Source of the DNA: Lepidodermella squamata
Taxonomy: Eukaryota > Animalia > Gastrotricha
Direction: 5' to 3'
NCBI GenBank assembly: GCA_047495785.1
Contig: JBLDXI010000001.1
Coordinates: 868,001-932,000, forward strand
Length of the DNA stretch: 64,000 nt
Translations under genes and position numbers: made by a program
Part shown: positions 1 to 11,645 of the stretch, piece after piece
Layout of the letters: the number at the start of each line of letters is the position of its first letter
Numbering within the stretch: the stretch's first letter is position 1
Notes under the pieces: generated by a model
What the model was told of the DNA's origin: nothing
The model's database searches: none
The model's input: the letters and a program-made list of their open reading frames with translations, nothing else

Positions 1-2
1 GA

Positions 3-1618
3 TGGCTGCCCAAGAAGAAATCGAATACCAGGAAAGCAAAGAAAACTCGTCTCGCGTCGATTTTCACTCTATCAAGGACCTACAACCTCGAACAACTGGA
101 GAGTTTCGACCACTGGGATCGATTTTTCGAGTCGGGTGGCGCCATCTTACGTTTGAATCAGCCGAAAGTTGTCAAAAAATCGAAGGGCAAAAGCAAGCCG
201 GCTACAGTCGGTCGCCGTGCCCAGTACTCTCGGATCAAAGAGCTAGGCGACTTTGTTTCCTGGCTTGCGGCGAATGGTCACATCGTCGAATCTCCGAAGC
301 TGAAATCATTGCTCTTGGATACAACGTCGCAGCTTCTCCAAGGCTCAAAACGAGAAAGCGGCCTCAAGAAAACCGAAAGAGCGAAGTTTGCCCATGACAT
401 GGAGCTACCGATGAAATTTTACCAGCACATCGACGAGCTGATCGCTGAACGCCGAAAGGGGCTGAACCTTTACGGGCTCAAAATCGCTCGAATTGCAGTT
501 GCGGCCAATTCTCATACCGGTTGCCGGTGAGTAACAGCTTCGTCTTAATTTTTCAAAGATTCAACAAACGTGAAAAATTTTTTGTAATTTTTTATCGATC
601 ATTTAAATTATTTTTCCAAATTCCATTTCACGTCAAAAAGCATAAATTTCTAAAAAAAATCGTGCGATCGGGAATTTTTCAAATTTAATTTTAATTTAAT
701 TTGAGGGCAATTTTCAAGTTCAAATGCATAAATTTCCAAGGTTGAATTTGATCGGAAATTCCATCAATCCTTAAAACAAACAAATCACCGATTCTGGAAT
801 CGATTATTCGCTTCAGTTTATTTCGCTCAAGTATTCAAATAATTTGGTGCTCACCACCGATTCAGAGGTGGACAAAATATTCAAGGTTTTATCATTTCCA
901 GCTTTTTCATCGTCATTTTTTATTTTTCAGAGCTTCTGGAATTCGGAAAATGAAACTTACTGAGTGGAAAGCGAGGGATGGCGATGCTGATGGAGAAGGT
1001 TGGGTTTGTGTTGAGGTAAAAGGAATGAAAAACTCGATTTCTGGATTCCCGTTCGTCACCTTCGACCCCGCAACAGCCGCCTTAATTCAAAGCTACATCG
1101 ATAATGACCGGCCGGCGTCGAAAAACAAGCGGGTTTTTTTGACTCAAAAACGAACAAGAATCAGTTCCTCGACGCTGAACGAGTACGCAAACCTCGGTTG
1201 GCCGTCGTTCAAAGAAAAGTTTCAGCCGAATTTCAGCCGGCCGCTCAGTGATACCTTTACACTTACCACCCAGCGCCGAGCAATCAATACTACTACGCGT
1301 TCAGAGAAGGACCCCGACCAGCCGCCTCAGGCCAAAGTTAATCAGGCGTTGGTGCAAAGTGAGCCCACGGGCGAGTCGGTCTATACCCTCACCGCTGCAG
1401 TTTCGGAGGCGATCGGGGTCGCAAAATGGGCGTACTACAAGTGTGCGAACCGCCTTGATCCGTCGAACCCAGAGCTACGCCCGTTCGCATACAGGCCTGT
1501 CAAAGCCGTCCCGCTTTCATCAAACAACACCGAGGGGTCTAAGGAGTCGAAGGATAGTGAAGACGAAAATTCCTCGAGCGAAGACGAAAATTCCAGCAGC
1601 GACGATGACTGCTGCTAA
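3..1618 (+). mobile_element. Spliced tyrosine recombinase (Crypton-like), 5' end outside the window; exons 3-526 and 931-1618
   Basis: The frame is open from base 3. Donor gtgagt at 527 and acceptor tttttcag at 930 join ...SHTGC-R-ASGIRKMKL (box I Arg). Further motifs: VEVKGMK (catalytic Lys region), VFLTQK, TTQRR (HxxR position) and QSEPTGESVY (HS...Y position). Acidic C-terminal tail. Confidence 0.7.
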
Positions 1619-2235
1619 AGTATTATTGTCTTGTGTTGTAGTTGATTTTTTACTTGATTTTTCGGCGCTCACATTGATCAAACTTGTGGAAGAAATTTTC
1701 AAAAGAATTAAATAATACAGAAATTCGGGAAGATAAAATTTCATTTTTCGGCGCAAAAAAACGGCGCAAAAAATCTTTTTTTCATCTGTTGCTATGTTCG
1801 CGCTCAATATTTAAAAAATTACGCTTGATCCTCACATTTTTATTATCTTCTTTACTATCTTCTCGTTTGATATATTGCTCGCGTAATTTCACGATGTCTG
1901 ATTTCATGATGTCATGTGATTTCTGTCACAAAAGTTGTTATCCAATTTGGTCTATCGTATCAATAAAAACGCTCGAGTTACGGCGATTACGCGATCTGAG
2001 TCTTGGAAATGCGAATGACGTAGGTGCGATGATGAGATGCGACGCGCAAGGCAGACCGTAAAATGCAACGACGCGCATCGGTTAGGAGAGAGGTGTTAAA
2101 AGCGTGTCCGCCATCGCCATTTTCAGCAACGGCCTTGAGCTACAATGACGCCAGGTGCGTATAAAAACCGGCGGAGCATCATCAGTCCAGCATTGGTATC
2201 ATTTTCAGCAATAAGTTTTTCGATTATTTCTCATA

Positions 2236-2727
2236 ATGCCTTCTTGGTCTGCGTATTTCGACCATCGGCGCCCTTGTCAGCTTTTCCGGGTACTTTGCTC
2301 GCCATCTGCGAGTGAAGGGCCGTCATCGTTTTCGACTGCAACCTCGACTACGACGACTACAACGAGCTCGCTGTCTTCGACTTCGTTCGATGACTTGCTG
2401 AAATCGCCGCAACGTTACTACGACGATATGCACGCCACCTACACCGCTTTTGTTGTAGTCATCGCGATCTTGGCGGTAAGTCTGTTGGTCTCCGTTGCGG
2501 TCGGCGTCGGTTATCTATTCCGCGCGGCCATCGCTAAGCGTTGCTGTCGCAAGGCGCCGATACGGCGACGTTTGAAGAAGCTGCCATCAACGCCGAGCGC
2601 CGCTAGCGACACGACTTTCTCGCGTGATCACCCTCGCCGCGGTCGTTCCGTTCTGAAGGCAGAAATCAAGGCAGAAGTGCATCAACCGGCTGACGAAGAA
2701 TCGCTGGAAGAACTGTTTTCAGCTTAA
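2236..2727 (+). CDS. Unknown single-pass membrane protein with a Ser/Thr-rich segment
   Basis: 163-aa ATG ORF. It has an S/T run, a hydrophobic helix (AFVVVIAILAVSLLVSVAVGVGYLF) and a Cys-Cys/basic cytoplasmic stretch. TATAAAAA lies at about 2160. Confidence 0.5.
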   Translation: MPSWSAYFDHRRPCQLFRVLCSPSASEGPSSFSTATSTTTTTTSSLSSTSFDDLLKSPQRYYDDMHATYTAFVVVIAILAVSLLVSVAVGVGYLFRAAIAKRCCRKAPIRRRLKKLPSTPSAASDTTFSRDHPRRGRSVLKAEIKAEVHQPADEESLEELFSA

Positions 2728-3583
2728 AATGCCGCCTTAAAGCGGACTTAAACCGGCCCTTTTCAGGGCCACAAGTGATTGCAACAGTGTTTTATTCCTG
2801 GTGTTTCCGGAGTATGAAAATAAAGTTCATATGAGAGCGAGCCGCGGTAGATGGTGCGTTGATAGTGTTTAGCCATTGTGTCAACAACTTGAGCGCATGT
2901 TTGCGCATTGCGTAATCGCCTGCTGTGCGCGAGCGCCATTTTGCGCCACAATAATATCGATATTTACAGTAATTATCAGAACTAGAACCGGCTAGTCGCG
3001 GTTCTGCTGATAAAGCTTCAGATAAAGGCCACTACGATAGCGATAGGCAGTGACATGAGAATAAATAAACTTCGTCTTCAGCAGTAATGTTCCGAAATTG
3101 ATATGAAAACGCAAACATATTTAGATTTGCTGGGAAAAAACGAGCGAAAATTTATTAGATCCGCCTTCAATGTCATTCAAGGCTCTTTACCTGCTATTCA
3201 AACAAACATACGAAATAACCTGTATATAACAATTACTATACAGTATTCATTAATGCTGATGAAAAAAACTGGCCGTAAGTTGGCAAAAACTCATGACCGC
3301 AAATACGGTTGTTAGCGTTTTTTTCAGCCAGGTATGTTGACACAGTCAGGTGGAGTGGCGTTTTTTCCCTCAGCTTGTGTATAGTACTAGATAAATTCGT
3401 ACACATTTTTCGATTTATTTCCCATCATTTTGCATGCAATATAACGAGCCGCAAATTGATTGCGGTTAAAAATGCTGTGAAAATCAAGATAGCTGCATCA
3501 TTTAATGTGTGTAACAAGTGGCCCTCGACACAGGTTGATATATTTTATAAATGATAAAATTGATTGATTATCAATCATCCGCA

Positions 3584-4795
3584 TCACTGCTCGTCGAGAC
3601 AAACAGTTCTCACGAGCATTTCAGTGACTAGATACGGGTCACAGTTGGCAGCAGGTCGCCTGTCCTCGATGTAGCCGCAATCGGCGGTTTTGCACGGGCC
3701 TGGAATGCGAACAGAGGCACCGCGATCGGCAACGCCCCATGTAAATTCGGCGTAGGACGATCCTAGTCGCGTTTTGTTGTCCTCGCCATTTTTCATGTCA
3801 TACTTCGGCATGTGAGCGAGATGGCGGACTTTCAGTTTTTCACAAGCAATTTCCATCGCTCTGAAAAAAATATTGAAAAATTGAATTAAAAAGACTAAAA
3901 ATCAACGATATACTTGAATCCGCCTGGTCTGCGCATTTCTTCTGTCGAAAAATTGCAATGAGCACCCGAGCCTAGCCAATCTCCGCCTCCTACGATTGGG
4001 GTAGGTTTGAAGGTGACATCGACGCCGAAATCCTCAGCAACCCTGGCTAGTAGGTAACGAGCCATCCAAACGTGGTCGCCGACATCAATGCCCTCACTAG
4101 GCCCGACTTGGTACTCCCATTGGCCGGGGACGATTTCCGCATTGGTTCCATCAATTTTCACGCCGGCGTACAGACACGCTCGCAAGTGGGAGTCAACTAT
4201 GTGACGGCCGTAGACGCGGCTGGCACCAACTCCACAATGCGCTGGTCCCATAGGCTCTGGGTAGCCATTTTTAGGCCACCCTAATAATTTCTTATCGACC
4301 TCGACCAAAAAATACTCCTGTTCGATGCCAAACCACGGTTTTTGATCTTTCGCTTTCTTCATAACCTCGTTGCATGACGCCCGATGGTTATTTGCTGTAA
4401 TAAAAGAGTTTGAAAAAATTCAGAAATAAAAATGAAAAATTACGGGTCGGTTTGCCGTCGACGTCGATAACATGGCAGAGAACAATTTTATTAGGATCGC
4501 CGAGAAACGGGTCTCGAAACATAGCAATCGGTTGTAGTACATCTTCATAGACAGGTTCGTGAATGTTTTGAGGGTTCGATGGGCGAGGCGACGACCAAGA
4601 GGGGACGGCTTCCAAAGTGGTAGCTTGGTCAGGGTTCAGAACCCGGCTCTTCGCTCGTGTCATTTCACCGCCGCCGGGCCACGTGTCAATCCAGACGTAG
4701 GTGACCACAACCTTACCGCCCTGATCGAGCCTGGCATAGCGGTCGTAAGTCGCCTGATCGAGAACGGCTTCCCTTGCTAACTTCATTGACGCCAT
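3584..4795 (-). CDS. Divergent glutamine synthetase II paralog with a remodelled ammonium site; exons 4795-4444, 4394-3914, 3860-3584
   Basis: Motifs [52 protein letters not shown]. Introns of 49 and 53 nt restore one uninterrupted frame and sit at the same positions as in the neighbouring GS. Confidence 0.92.
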
Positions 4796-5758
4796 TACTA
4801 ATTCAGAAATATTATGTTCGCAACTGCTATCTTAATATTTTCCTAATGAACTAAGTTGACAAGCGCGGGAGCAGTTACGGTCAAAATAGGGTTATCATCA
4901 TGCAGCGGAGACTCTCAAGCCTTATCTGTGTACGGGCTTTTGTTATCAGTAGATGGGACAACGTTGTTTTTGAAACTTTGAGAGATATTAAAATTGCTGA
5001 TAAAAAATTGGGTCTTAAGCTGGATGGGCGAATTTTCGGTTATTATGAAAAGCGCGAAAACATTTTCGATCGATAATTTGAATTTTTCAAGCTCGCGCGT
5101 GGTTGCGAAAATTCAATGAATGGGTAACTTATTGGTCTGCGATAACAAATAGTGAAGCGCATATGGAGTTTACCCAGTAACACGTCAGCAAGTATTTTTT
5201 AACCTTGAAAACATTAATCACTGTATTGGTAAATTAGCAGAATGAGGAAAGGAGGGTGAATTTATTGATCGTGGCGGAATGGGACATTGAGAGTGCCGGC
5301 AACTGATAAGCTCTCAGCAAATGTTCGCTCTTTTTTCTTGTCACCGTTTTTGAGATTTCGTAGAATTGATTCGCATTTCTTGAAACCGACAGGAGCTGCG
5401 GCTTTGAGCCATTAAAGAGGCCAACCATGAAAATGCAAATTTTCCAACTGCCAAAACGCTACAGGGACATTTTTCATTTTTATTTTTTTAGCTCTTAATT
5501 ATATGGCATAAAATTAAATTATATCCGAAACATTTTAATCGCCACGAAAAAAAAGAATTCGAAAAAGCTAACGACCACATAATATGATTATCAACGAGAA
5601 TAGAAGCAAATTTCTGTACACATAAACTTTGCTTATTTTTTTTGTTATATAATTTCCTTCATCAAATTATCAAGCACTGTTAAATGTCCATGTTTTCAGT
5701 TGCCATCAAAAATTGAATCGGAGCTTAAATTTATATAGTCAGTAATATTTCCCGTCGA

Positions 5759-7247
5759 CTATTGTTCGTTGAGGCAAGTCGTGCGAACGATCATCTCGGT
5801 GACAGCGTACGGATCGCAGTTGCTGGCCGGTCGGCGGTCTTCGAGGTAGCCGAAGCCATCGGCGGCGGTTTGACGAGGAACGCGGATCGAGCAGCCGCGG
5901 TTGGCGACGCCCCACGAGAATTGCCCGATGTGGGCAGTTTCGTGGTGACCAGTCAGGCGACGCCTGTTGTCTTCGCCGCCCTTGGGATCATAGCAGCGGA
6001 TATGACACATGTGACGCTTTTCCAACTTGCTGATCGCATCTTCGATGGCCCTGGAAAATCAAGGAGAATTAATCCATAAATTAAATTGAAATAAAAATTA
6101 CTTCATGCCGACGCCTGGGGTACGCATGGCTTCGGTCGAGTAGTTGGTATGGCAACCAGCGCCGTTCCAGTCGCCAGGGATCGGCTTCGGGTCAAGGGTG
6201 ACAATGACGCCGAAGTCTTCGGCGACGCGGTGCAGAATGTAGCGCGAAACCCACAAGTGATCGCCCATTTCGATGCCCTCGCACGGGCCGACCTGGTACT
6301 CCCACTGGCCGGGCATCACCTCGCCGTTTGTGCCGCAGATCTTGATGCCGGCGTACATGCACGCCTTGAAGTGAGCCTCCATGATGTCGCGGCCAAACGC
6401 GCGATCGGCGCCAACTGAACAGTAGTAGGGTCCCTGCGGGCCGGGGAAGCCGTTCTTCGGCCAGCCGAGCGGCTGCTTATCGAAATCAAGCATGGTGTAC
6501 TCCTGCTCGAGGCCGAACCACGGCTTCTCGGCCTTGGCGGCTTCCATCGCTTCGAGGCATGACTTGCGGTGATTCGAGGCTACATAGAAAAAAATTGATT
6601 CAAATTATAAGCATTTTGATAGACCTAAAATGACCCCGACCACCAGGACAAATTATTTGCCAGCCAGGCATATCAAATCGCAGATAACCTAGTTTATCCC
6701 TAGTTTTTTCCCCCACAGAAATTGTGATAAAAAAAGCACTTCTACTGATTAATTGAGCATCAAAATAGATTTTCCCGAAAAGCTCAATTTTTTTAATTTG
6801 AGATTATTTCATCTGCTCATTTCCATTCAAATTCATTTCAAATTTCCAAATGAAGATGAAATAGGCCCTTTGATTTTCTCCGACCGGTAAAAATTACCGA
6901 ATATTTGACTTACCAACAGGTTTTCCTTCAAAGTCGTAGACGTCGCACAGGACGAGGATGTTGTCGCCACGGAGGAACGGATCGGGGAAAATGGCAACCG
7001 GGTTGATGTAGGTGTCCGAGTTGTGGCCCGTCGCCTGACCGGTCGAGGAGCCGTCGAAATTCCAAACAGGCAGCTCAGACACGTTTTTCACCGGGGCCGC
7101 GAGCCACTTCGACTTGGAGCGCAGGTTCTCGCCGCTACCGTCGATCCACAGGTAGGTGGCGATGGCCTGACCCTTCTGGTCCAGGTCCATATAACGGTTA
7201 TACACCGTCTTGTTCAGAGTTGCGGTCGGAGCAACGACGTGCGACAT
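5759..7247 (-). CDS. GLUL: Glutamine synthetase (type II, canonical); exons 7247-6914, 6579-6102, 6050-5759
   Basis: Motifs [83 protein letters not shown]. Splice junctions checked for frame. Confidence 0.97.
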
Positions 7248-9729
7248 TTGAGATGAACGGAAACAAATCAAAAATAACAAAAAACTAGATTCTTTATAGA
7301 GATCACAAGGATATAAAAATGAAGAATTGAATTACGCGGCAATTTCATGTTTCATCGAGCTTACATTTACCACGCATCTACTTGCGCTTCCAGGCACAGA
7401 AATGACAATAGAAAAGAAGCACAATAAATACAGAGTACCCGGCAGATCTAAAGATGCACCTCGATAAACAGTGGGCTATACAATAAATACTGGCTACTGC
7501 GCAACGAACAGCTGAGTACTAGAAATCCATGTGTTTGGCAAGCACTATAATGTATAGCGCCGTTCAGTGTTTACTGGCAGGCGTATCCTATTTTCCACCA
7601 GAAATGATGGTAAAAAAATCAGGCCACATTCGCGCGAGTGGTAAAAAGCAGAACTGATCTTTTTCGAGAAAAAAACACAATTATCACGATTAAGTTGCAT
7701 GGCGTGGCGAAGGCGAGGGGAAAAATTGCGGTGAACCTGCCGTGCCGGTGGGTTAAGTCTACACGGGCAATTGATATCGCGATTTGAGCTGACGTCTGTC
7801 CCATCACGAGGACGCCATGTTATTCGCATATTTTGTAAAAAAAACGCGCGCGGAAGTGAAACGAGAGATAGCAGCAGGCGACCACTTGCTGTGTGTGTCT
7901 GCGCGATAATAAAAGCGTCCTCTAGTGACCTAGAACCTGGAGCGTTATCAGGCCACCCATTAATTAGAAAAGTTAATAAGTGCAACAACGCAATGAGAAA
8001 AAAGGCAATTTGGTATGGTTCAGAGACAAAATTGCTTCGCAAATGACTGGCCTGAGGATTTAAATACTGAGGAAAGCCTGCCGGGTGTTGAATATTATGC
8101 CATGTTATTAGGCAGACAACCGCATCATCTGCGCGAATCGCGTGGGTAATGAGACTTACATGATGATAAATTTCAGACTTGATTACGCTGCAATGGCGTG
8201 AATTTTGAAGACTCTGAACCTTCAAGTGTTGGACCACGTGTTTTCGCGACAAATGGCGCATGGCAGCGTGATTGTTGGCCAAAGTTCAACCATCCGGCGG
8301 GGAGGGACTTGTTTTGTCTTGTTTCCAGCCAGTCTAGGCCATTGAATTCGAACACGTTTTAACCGCGAAAATCGGCGTGGCAATAGATTGTTTTACCACA
8401 CACGACCGATCACTGAATGCCTGAATGCCGGAAAATAAAATTATTGGACCACTACAGGAAAATTAACTGATGCCGCATATGAGAACCTTAAAAAAACTGT
8501 ATGCACTCGAAGAAGACTTTTTCTTGAACTATCGGACATCGGACAATTTACTGGTCAGCTAGTATTGCAAAAAACGATGCACTCGCTGCTGATAAGAGCC
8601 CCGTTAGATATCAGGTATAACGAAACATCCAGACATCTTCATTTCTAATATGATAAAAGTGTATACATTCGCGAAAGTCGGCTCTACCCCAGGGGAACGT
8701 GAAACGGCGGACAAAAAATTAAGCGAATTTTACCCCATGTATAGGTAGAGCTATACTGAAAAGCTGCGGTTATAATAAAATTGTGTCAAAATGAGAATTC
8801 AAATTAGTTCAGCAAATTCCCGGCGGACACTGCGAATGATAATTATTTTGATAGATAAACCTTTATTCTATCATCGCGCATTGAAATAACAATTCTATCG
8901 TCTAACTTTATGATGAATGAAATATCATCGTGCTTCAAGGTCGGCTAATAATAGTTAGCTGTATAGGAAGGGTTTTTCACGCGGATAAGAAATCGATATC
9001 AAACGTGATGGCCTTGTAATTACTGACAGTCAAAGCACGTAGTTGTTATCATAGCGGGGCATTTTAGCGATGCCCTAGTTTCTTCTACGATTTGAATGGA
9101 AATAATATACCAGTAGCAGGTCCGTTTTATCATCGTTGCTGCTTTCATGACCTACTTGATGACGCAACTTCTGCATTCCAATTTTTTTCGAGGTGCACAT
9201 TATACGGCGCGCTTGAACCCTTCGCTATAAAACCTCATTCGGAAACAGAAAAAAACTGTCCAAACCTGAGGTCAAATATTCTGACTCATATTCATCATAT
9301 ATACTCATATTCAAAAAGACGAGATGTTTATTCATCCAAACAAAACTAGGTAAAAAAATCGTCAGATTATCAGCCTTCAAGAATAAAATGAAAGGAGCGA
9401 TAAGAAACAAAACATAATTAAATTATGTATAACAAAAATGGAAGGTTTCAGCAGCAAGAATAAATAGCAAGAATTATCATGGCACAAAGTAGTAAAATAA
9501 AACTATGTCATCTAGAAGTACAAACAATTAAGGCGAAACGTATTCTCAATATTGTCAATGGAATGCGATAAATTATTCAATGCAAGAGGTAAAACTACGG
9601 CTTAGAGCCAAGAATGCTGGCCTGTGATGAGAAGAAGATCTGAGAGTGATTGAAAGATTTTTCGACTTGAACAGCTTAGCACACTTGGCACCTGGCTGCT
9701 ATTATAAAAATATCCATTTCATCGTTTTC

Positions 9730-11645
9730 CTATCTCTCGCTGAGCTTCAGGCGTATCTCATTGTCAGCTGGTACCATGATATGGGTGACATGAACAGGCA
9801 ATCGCTCTCGATCACCAGCGTCGGCCGGCCACAGTTCATATTTACTGAGAATTCGAACCAACGTCAGTTTCAGCTCAAGCATGGCGAAACGTCTCCCGAT
9901 GCACTCGTGCGGCCCCATGCCTAAAAAATAAACAAAATTAAAATCAAATCAGGAAATTAGGTCACAAATTTACCAAAACCGAGAAACGCTCCAGGCGGTC
10001 GATTTGAGCTGTATTCAGGCGCGAAGCGTTCCGGATAAAACTCGCTAGGATCTACTGGACCCCAATACTCAGCATTTTGGTGAATTCTCCAAACATTCGC
10101 TACAACAGAACCGGGCGGTTCAGGAGCTGGGACGCCGCAAATTTCCGTTTCAGCATGCGAAAATCTCGTTATAATGTGAATGGCTTCGGGGTACAGCCGG
10201 ACAGTTTCTAGACACACCCAATCGAGGTACTTCATTTTGTTTACCAACACATCATAGTCAGCTTTCAGGCCACTTTCCAAGCCTAGTTCATCCCGAAACT
10301 GCATTATTTCGTCGTAGAGCCTGTTCTATATATCGGAACATTTTTATAATTAAGTATGAAGAGGAAGTGTGAATTACTAACCTGAACCAAAGGGTTTTTG
10401 GCCAAGGAGTCCAAGCAATATCCGATTGTTGTGCTTGTTGTTTCGTAGCCTTTTTGATCAAATTAAGTGATTTATATGCGAATCTTGGAAAACCATTACC
10501 TGCCATCAAAAGAGCTATTATATTGGTCCTTAGCTCGCCTTCATTAAGGTAGGTCTTGACATTCTTCTCATCAAAGCAGTTTCCGCTATGTGGGCCATTT
10601 TTGAAAGCTGTTTTCTCGATCAGCAGTTGTATCAGGCGTTTTGGTAACTGGGCATGGATAATGGCTGGATTCTCTCGCTGACGATCAGCTTCTCGAATGA
10701 AATGCTGCACGGTGGGCTCGTAAAACCGTGTCAAATTATTGAGCGGACTCAAGACGCCCCAAGAAAACTTCATCAAGAAATTTGTCAAAATCTGATAAAA
10801 ATGTAGTAAAAATCAAGTTGAAAATTCATGTTTAAAGGGCTACATACCTTTATCGGGTATGCGATTTCAGGTAGCGCTGACACAAACAGCATGATTTTAG
10901 GCGGATAAAGGACGACGTTCGAAAACAGTTTGTTGGTTTCGTGGTAGACCTTGTTGCTAAGATTCGTTCCGCTTTGATCCTGCTCTTGCAGGTCCATTTC
11001 AGCGCCTAGAGCAGTTTGACTGAACAACTGCATAGCATAGCGCTGCAGCGGGTCTCTAATGTCGAACGCTTGACCAGAAGCCGCCTTTTGCTGCAACACT
11101 CGCATTAGGATCGTGACATTTGACTCGAACTCGCTAATAAGCTTTCGTAGGTTCGAGTCTGTGAAGAAAGGACTCGCGGCTTTCCGAGCGACTCGCCAAT
11201 GATCTTTCCGACCAATCAGAATGCTCGTCAGACCGCTATGCGGCTCCTTGTCCGAATCAGGTTGAAATACGACAAACTGCGATCGAAAAACAAAAATAAT
11301 GGATGAAATAATAAAATATAATTAAAATACCAATCTCCCGGAAAATGATTTCGATTGTTCGACACACATGCTTTCTACAGCCTTTGGTAGGGAAATCACC
11401 ATCACAGGCCTGGGCCCTTCGTAGTAGCCGAAAATGTCTCCATATTCTTCCGCCCATCGGTTGTAAACAAGATGTCTATCGCCTCTGCTGATTTCTTTGA
11501 GGTTGCCGTAGAAAAAATGAGGCACAGGTCCGCGAATACCTCTGTCAGAAAAGTATGTATGCTTTTTCCGCCGATACATATAGAAAACACCGATCGCAAT
11601 AGCCGCCGCAGCAGGTATTGCCGATAACCAGTTGATCGCAGGCAT
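9730..11645 (-). CDS. Cytochrome P450, CYP3-clan-like, multi-exon
   Basis: N-terminal anchor followed by GIRGPVPHFFYGN. I-helix AG|YETT is split by an intron. Also ETVR (ExxR), FYPERF and the heme motif FG|MGPHECIG. Confidence 0.93.

Noticed and set aside
2-2061. Alternative-frame ORFs 2-397, 1248-1715, 1520-1807 and 1684-2061
   Set aside because: They are shadows of the recombinase frame or AT-rich 3' flank, with no motifs.
3584-4795. Calling the divergent GS a pseudogene or a bacterial transfer
   Set aside because: The frame and splice sites are intact, the changes concentrate at ammonium-site residues, and it shares both intron positions and the C-terminus with the neighbouring GSII.
7545-8282. 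245-aa minus-strand ORF upstream of GS
   Set aside because: Non-ATG start, no recognisable motif and non-coding-like composition; probably the GS promoter or 5' region.
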